Positions 58,837 through 64,000 of a DNA stretch of 64,000 bases are shown piece by piece. This DNA comes from Anaerolineales bacterium (GTDB lineage Bacteria; Chloroflexota; Anaerolineae; Anaerolineales; UBA11858). A program made the position numbers and the translations under genes. Location: assembly GCA_016785015.1 (NCBI GenBank), contig JADHTJ010000006.1:18927-82926 (forward strand), given 5' to 3'. Below the pieces are notes generated by a model, which saw only the letters and a program-made list of their open reading frames with translations, had not been told where the DNA came from and ran no database searches. The first letter of the stretch is position 1, and each line of letters opens with the position of its first letter.

Positions 58837-59379
58837 ATGATCGAAATGCCTGAAGCAGTTACCATCGCCAGGCAGATGGAGGCAGAATTAACGGGGAATC
58901 GCGATTGCCAGTTTTGGGCGCGGGAATAGACACATAAGTTTTTATGGCTCAACCGGCCCAATGAAGAATACGCCGTAATTCTTCCAGGATTGAGAGTGAC
59001 GGGCGCTAGCAGTTTCGGCCGCTCGATTTATTTGCATTTAGGGGAGCATATGCTCTGGTGGAGTGACGCCGGTGGAAAAATCCTTTATCACGCGCCTGGA
59101 GAGAAGCTGCCTAAGAACTACCACCTGGGATGAGAATTCACCGATGTCTCCGCGCTGACGTATGCTTTACAGATGTGGGGCGCAGTGAAACTTCTCGATC
59201 AATCTGAGTTCGGAAAAATCCCCAATGACGAGGTTGATCTCTACGGTCAGAAGGGTGGCTACATCCGTTTGATGGACAGCAAAACTAAAGATACCCCATG
59301 CCCAAACTGTGGAACTGACATTCAGAAGATTTCGTATCTTGGTGGAGCGTGCTATCTTTGTGTGGAATGTCAGCAATAA
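58837..59379 (+). pseudogene. Fpg/Nei-family DNA glycosylase pseudogene
   Basis: RBS aaggagg; MIEMPE N-terminus; C-terminal CPNCG...CVECQ Zn finger; in-frame stops TAG at 58927 and TGA at 59131; central H2TH region apparently deleted (only 181 codons). Confidence 0.8.
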
Positions 59380-59389
59380 TTTGATATAT

Positions 59390-59543
59390 TGTCACTCTGA
59401 GCGGAGCGGGTAGGACAGTACTTAAACGAGGACATAAAAATTTGCTATAAAGTTGTCATTCTGAGGAGCGCAGTGACGAAGAATCTTGCTCTTTGCGTGA
59501 CAAATTTAGAGATTCTTCGCTCCTTTTGTCGCTCAGAATGACA
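59390..59543. repeat. Family A repeats (a half copy plus a doublet)
   Basis: tgtcactctgagcg; tgtcattctgagg...cgaagaatct...agattcttcg...ctcagaatgaca. Confidence 0.8.
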
Positions 59544-59549
59544 GAAAAT

Positions 59550-59589
59550 AAAAAAACTCCCGAAAGAGTCATCCCTTCGGGAGTTTTTT
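59550..59589. terminator. Bidirectional intrinsic terminator
   Basis: aaaaaactcccgaa-N-ttcgggagtttttt. Confidence 0.8.
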
Positions 59590-59609
59590 ATATCAAACTT
59601 TCGCTTATT

Positions 59610-60830
59610 CTATTCTACAAAAGTCACCACCACCGTCATACCCCAACGCAAAAGTGGATCAATCTCATCAACTAAGATTCGAGCGGTGTAGGTGACATCT
59701 CCGCGTTTCTCTTCGAAGAAATCGTCGATCGATTCCACGCTGCCAGTCAGCTCAACATCAGGTAAAGCATCTGGGACAATGGTCACCGACTGACCAACAG
59801 ACACATCTACGACCTCAATTTCTGTCAGGTTATCAGTCTCGACATACCATTGAGAGAAATCTACCACGGTAGCAATGGGCTGGCCTGGAGAAACCTGCTC
59901 ACCCACTATTAAATCAAAATCGACGATGGTTCCAGTAAAAGTGGCCACAAGATCCAGATCATCCAAGGCCGATTGGGCGGAGGCAATATTCGCCTGAGCG
60001 GCCGAGATGCGTGCCTCTGCTGAAGTAATGCGCGCTTCAGCCAGGGCGATATCATCGGGATCGGGCCCTTCGAGAAGATCGTCGTAATCTTCCTGCGCCT
60101 GCTCAAGACGGGCTTGGGCGATGTTGAAGTCTGCTTCGGCCTGAGAAATTTCGAAATCACTGGAAGGATCGACTAAGGAATTGTATTTGCGCACGGCATC
60201 ATCATAAGCCCCCTGGGCTTCAGCCAGACGGCTCTGGAAATTTGCCCGTGTTAAATCTGTTTCGATTTTGTCTTCATAAGGTTCAAAATCTTCTTTGGCT
60301 TTATCTAACTCATCTTCCGCCAAAACAACCTGAGACCAGGCAACATCAATATCGGTTTGGTCCGCTGACGTGGTGCGATAATTGAAGATGCGCTCAGTAT
60401 CACGAACCTCCTGACGGGCGTTAGTCAGTGTTTCTTGGGCCGCAGTAGCAGCTTCAGGCCAGTTATCATAAAGGGTCTGAAAATCTTGTTGGGCAGAAAG
60501 CAACTCCAATTCTGCACCACTCAACTCTAACTTTGCGCTGGCAAGATTGCTTTCAATTTGCTCGCGATCGCCCAATTGAGCCAGCACCTGGCCCGCATCC
60601 ACTTGATCGCCCTCGGTCACAAATATTTCAGCAACTTGACCAGCAGTCACAAAGGACAACTGTGCTGATTGATTGGGAACCAGGCGCCCTTCGGCAACCA
60701 CAGCAAAATCTTGGACTACTGGAATGGCCGTAGGATCTTCTGGTTCGGGTGTGGTAGAAAATTCACATGCAGACAGAACGATACTCAAGATTAGAAAAGT
60801 TATAGCGAAGTAAATATGTTTGTGTTTCAT
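59610..60830 (-). CDS. HlyD/MacA-like membrane fusion lipoprotein
   Basis: VLSAC lipobox; G.V.EI.V.EGD.V.AGQVL lipoyl half; coiled coil; A.F.G.I. Confidence 0.9.
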   Translation of the reverse strand: MKHKHIYFAITFLILSIVLSACEFSTTPEPEDPTAIPVVQDFAVVAEGRLVPNQSAQLSFVTAGQVAEIFVTEGDQVDAGQVLAQLGDREQIESNLASAKLELSGAELELLSAQQDFQTLYDNWPEAATAAQETLTNARQEVRDTERIFNYRTTSADQTDIDVAWSQVVLAEDELDKAKEDFEPYEDKIETDLTRANFQSRLAEAQGAYDDAVRKYNSLVDPSSDFEISQAEADFNIAQARLEQAQEDYDDLLEGPDPDDIALAEARITSAEARISAAQANIASAQSALDDLDLVATFTGTIVDFDLIVGEQVSPGQPIATVVDFSQWYVETDNLTEIEVVDVSVGQSVTIVPDALPDVELTGSVESIDDFFEEKRGDVTYTARILVDEIDPLLRWGMTVVVTFVE

Positions 60831-60939
60831 AATGTTCCTCCAAAAAGGATATTTCAAATAATTACGAACTGCATTTCTAGGCGGAATTCGTCTCCCATCG
60901 GAGATGCTTCCCGAAAATCCGCGCCGCTTATGTCAGACT

Positions 60940-63330
60940 CTATTCGTACGCTAGGCTTTCATTGACACTGATGCGTGTTGCCCGACGAGCTGGAATCCAG
61001 GAAGCCAGGATTGAGAGCACCACAACGATACCCAGCCAGATCCATATTCCATGGAAAGCGGGGAAATATTCAGCGGGAAAATCAATTACACCGCCTAATG
61101 ACTTGACAAAAACTGGGCCGACAGTGAGACCAATCGGAATGGCTGCCAGCCAACTGATCAAACCCAACATCAGGCCCTCGCCCACAAAAATATATCCCAC
61201 ATCCCGTGAAGAGGCTCCGACAGCGCGCATGACGCCGATTTCGCGACGGCGTTCGATAACATTGATCGAGAGCGTTCCGGAGAGACCCATACTACCAACA
61301 GCTGCCATTAAGATAGTCATGATCATTAGAATTTGGGTAAGCACACCAAATTGAGCACTGGCCTGGGCACGATCTTCACTAGCAACCGCCGAATAATACA
61401 CTTCCATTCCTTTCGCATCAAAGAACTCGCGCATGTCAGTTTCAATGGATTTCTGAACTGCCAGATTATGTTCAGTAGCCTGGATCATAGCAACTGCAGA
61501 ATTGCCGACATTATGCAAGGCGCGATTGAAAACATCAATGTTGGCAAAGGCTGTGTTTTGATCACGGCCATTTAGGTCGAATACTAATCCTACGACCGTC
61601 CAGGTTGTATCTCCAACGTCGGGAATATCGATGATGATTTCATCGCCGACTTCAACGCCCATTTTCCCAGCCAACTTTTGGTTTAAGAGAATAGCCTGGT
61701 TATCTGCAGGGTCTAGCATGCGCCCGGCAGTAAGCTCGGGTTTGAACATTGGCGAAGCTGAGGGCACACCGCGCACAAAGATTTCATATTCGCTTCCGGG
61801 TCCGGACGAACCCGGAATTCGAGTTTCGGCTGTACGAAAGGTCCACATCTCAGCATTGGCGACATTGGGACGCGATTCGATCAGCGGAATGACCTCATCT
61901 ATGCGCTGGTACTGACTGAAGTTGATTTGTACTTCATACCCAAACCCGGCAAAGATCTTATCGATTGTCTGCTCAAATGAATATTGCGTGCTGAAAACCA
62001 TCATGAATATGGCGCCTGAAAAGATCAGGGTCAGCAATGTAAGCAGAACTCGCCCAGGACGCCTGAACGTGTTGCGCAGTGATAAAGCTGCCATGCGAGG
62101 TAACCCACGCACGCCAGCCATGATTCGGTCGATCAAACGTCGGCCGTATTCCCCTCGTCCCAGGCCCGTCTGGCTGATAGCGTTTGCGGCAGGAATGGCA
62201 ACACCTCTCAACACAGGAAATAAACCAGCTACCAATGGAACCAGCAAGCCCACTAAAATTTGTAATATCAGCACTTCGGGCAAAATCTTAAAAGGGATCA
62301 CCGGCACGTTCAAAAGGTACAGCATCCATTGTGCCAAAGTGTTGCCCCCATATGCACCAAGAGGTACGGCAATTAGCAAACTGAGGAGGGCATAAACGAG
62401 AATAATAGACATGTACAATCCAGAAATCTGGCGGCGCAGCGCCCCAATAGCTTTCATGATCCCAATTTGGGGGATTTGCTGGGCAATGAGGGCATTGATG
62501 GTATTGATAACCAGAAGTGTGCTTAATCCCAGAGATCCGACGGCCATCACGGAGAGCACCATGCCAACGCCGTTGATCATTTCCTGAAGGTAATGCTCTT
62601 CAGGGTGAAATGGTTCTGAATACCCAACGGACAAGCCGATCTTTTGGAGCTTTTCATTAATCCTGTCTGCAACTAAATAGAAATTGTCTTCACTGTAATT
62701 CGTGAGTGTGATTCTTAATTGGTCCGCTCCACGAAATCCAGCAATCTTTTGAAAGATATCTGGAGTCACATAAAATGCAGCATTCTGCCCAAAAGGGAGT
62801 GGCCACTCAAAAGGATTTCTTACAACTCCGTTAACTTCTAGAGCACGGGCTCGTTCGTTGATCTCAAAATAGACCGTTCCACCAATCTCAGGCACACCAA
62901 ACGATTCGATGTGGGCAGCTTCGACAGCGATTAATTTTTCGGTGGGCCAATTCCCATCCATCAGCGTAAGCTGGTCATATTTTTGATTCTCGTAATCGGT
63001 ATAGGTGATGATATGGCCATCCTGCCATTCACCATCCAAAGTAGATTTCCAGCGAATTGTGGCGTCTGCAAACCCTTCGATGTCATCCACGCCTTCTACC
63101 CGTCGCAGGCTGCGGATAGTATCTTCACTGGCGAGACCCGCAATGTAAAGCACGCCATGTGAAGGATTGCTATCAAGATGAGATTGCGCCATTTGACCTA
63201 AGACCATCTGATTGCCAGAAACAACCATGCCAACAGCCATAACACCAATGGCGATACTCAATACAACCATTACCGTGCGGCCAAAGTTGCGCCATAGATC
63301 ACGCCATACTTTGCGAAATGCGGTTCTCAT
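60940..63330 (-). CDS. ABC transporter permease, FtsX/MacB-like (duplicated)
   Basis: [10 protein letters not shown] and [14 protein letters not shown] motifs; PARRA. Confidence 0.92.
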   Translation of the reverse strand: MRTAFRKVWRDLWRNFGRTVMVVLSIAIGVMAVGMVVSGNQMVLGQMAQSHLDSNPSHGVLYIAGLASEDTIRSLRRVEGVDDIEGFADATIRWKSTLDGEWQDGHIITYTDYENQKYDQLTLMDGNWPTEKLIAVEAAHIESFGVPEIGGTVYFEINERARALEVNGVVRNPFEWPLPFGQNAAFYVTPDIFQKIAGFRGADQLRITLTNYSEDNFYLVADRINEKLQKIGLSVGYSEPFHPEEHYLQEMINGVGMVLSVMAVGSLGLSTLLVINTINALIAQQIPQIGIMKAIGALRRQISGLYMSIILVYALLSLLIAVPLGAYGGNTLAQWMLYLLNVPVIPFKILPEVLILQILVGLLVPLVAGLFPVLRGVAIPAANAISQTGLGRGEYGRRLIDRIMAGVRGLPRMAALSLRNTFRRPGRVLLTLLTLIFSGAIFMMVFSTQYSFEQTIDKIFAGFGYEVQINFSQYQRIDEVIPLIESRPNVANAEMWTFRTAETRIPGSSGPGSEYEIFVRGVPSASPMFKPELTAGRMLDPADNQAILLNQKLAGKMGVEVGDEIIIDIPDVGDTTWTVVGLVFDLNGRDQNTAFANIDVFNRALHNVGNSAVAMIQATEHNLAVQKSIETDMREFFDAKGMEVYYSAVASEDRAQASAQFGVLTQILMIMTILMAAVGSMGLSGTLSINVIERRREIGVMRAVGASSRDVGYIFVGEGLMLGLISWLAAIPIGLTVGPVFVKSLGGVIDFPAEYFPAFHGIWIWLGIVVVLSILASWIPARRATRISVNESLAYE

Positions 63331-64000
63331 TTGCGGCCTTTCCCATTGTCGAATAACTCACCATCGAGCACGTCTACCACTCGAGGTATCCGGCTGGCCA
63401 ACTCGACGTTATGAGTCACCATCATGAAGGTTTTGCCCTGCGTGACGAGGTCCTCGAAAAGGACAAAAACCTTATCCGCGGCCTTCGTATCCAGGTTGCC
63501 TGTGGGTTCGTCGCCCATCACTAAAGGTGGGTCATTTGCCAGGGCACGGGCGATCGCAGCGCGCTGCTGCTGGCCACCTGAGAGGGTGTTGGGCAGCTTG
63601 TAGGCCTGGTCTGCTAATCCGACTTGATCGAGCAGGTGCATAGCACGCTCAGGCCGTTCACGCGGTTTCCAGACGCGACAAAAGTCCATGGGGAGCATCA
63701 CATTTTCAATTATCGTTAATGTGGGAAGTAATTGGAAGAACTGGAAGATGACGCCGACATTTTTTCCGCGCCAGCGTGCTAATTTATTTTCATTCAGGTC
63801 GTTGAGATGTGCCCCCGTCACACAAATATCACCATTGGTGGGACGGTCTATCCCCGTGATCATATTCAATAAAGTTGATTTTCCGCTGCCCGATGGCCCT
63901 CGCACCCCTACGAATTCACCAGAACCCACTTGAATATTTACAGACCTAAGTGCATGTATCGGTCCTGCGGGTCCCTCGAAGGTTTTGTCGACCTTCTCTA
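63327..64000 (-). CDS. ABC transporter ATP-binding protein, LolD/MacB-like (5' end outside window)
   Basis: [29 protein letters not shown]; frame open to the window end. Confidence 0.93.
   Translation of the reverse strand, partial: EKVDKTFEGPAGPIHALRSVNIQVGSGEFVGVRGPSGSGKSTLLNMITGIDRPTNGDICVTGAHLNDLNENKLARWRGKNVGVIFQFFQLLPTLTIIENVMLPMDFCRVWKPRERPERAMHLLDQVGLADQAYKLPNTLSGGQQQRAAIARALANDPPLVMGDEPTGNLDTKAADKVFVLFEDLVTQGKTFMMVTHNVELASRIPRVVDVLDGELFDNGKGRK

Noticed and set aside
58837-59379. Stop-codon recoding (Sec/Pyl or alternative code) in the Fpg-like gene
   Set aside because: It has two different stops plus an apparent large deletion, and other genes in the window end normally at TGA and TAG. 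Decay is the simpler explanation.
59610-64000. Type I secretion system for the RTX-like protein at 29123
   Set aside because: The components are MacAB/FtsX-type, lie 30 kb away, and the repeat protein has its own Sec signal.
1-64000. tRNA, rRNA, reverse transcriptase, retron or DGR
   Set aside because: No cloverleaf or rRNA-like segment, no RT motifs and no template/variable repeat pair were recognised by eye. A covariance-model scan would be needed to exclude small RNAs.

Overview
64 kb of bacterial chromosome. Gene content and repeat types suggest a Chloroflexota (Anaerolineae-like) organism; this is inference. Most of it is housekeeping or metabolic: mgsA, hpt, a 2-oxoacid:ferredoxin oxidoreductase alpha/beta pair, a nuoB-nuoCD-nuoI-mrp-ricT cluster, two plsC paralogs, pepF, a large GGDEF/EAL sensor and a MacAB-like ABC exporter. 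I found no rRNA, tRNA, CRISPR array, integrase or transposase. The strongest leads are: (1) a full-length UvrA fused in frame to an N-terminal transglutaminase-like domain with an intact Cys-His-Asp triad, preceded by a LexA-like box and followed by a decayed Fpg/Nei gene; (2) a small GIY-YIG nuclease gene bracketed by inverted bipartite repeats related to a palindrome family scattered across the window, resembling a RAYT/REP arrangement with a different nuclease; (3) several MITE-like shells with target-site duplications that carry different hairpin cargo, plus tiny modules inserted repeatedly into the repeats; (4) an unannotated 19-aa leader peptide and an RBS-sequestering hairpin ahead of a small ORF-rsgA-MFS operon; (5) a ydaO/c-di-AMP-like leader with a terminator; (6) an AT-rich three-gene island encoding a membrane protein, a HEAT lipoprotein and a trypsin-like lipoprotein. 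All calls were made by eye from the sequence and ORF track, without database searches.
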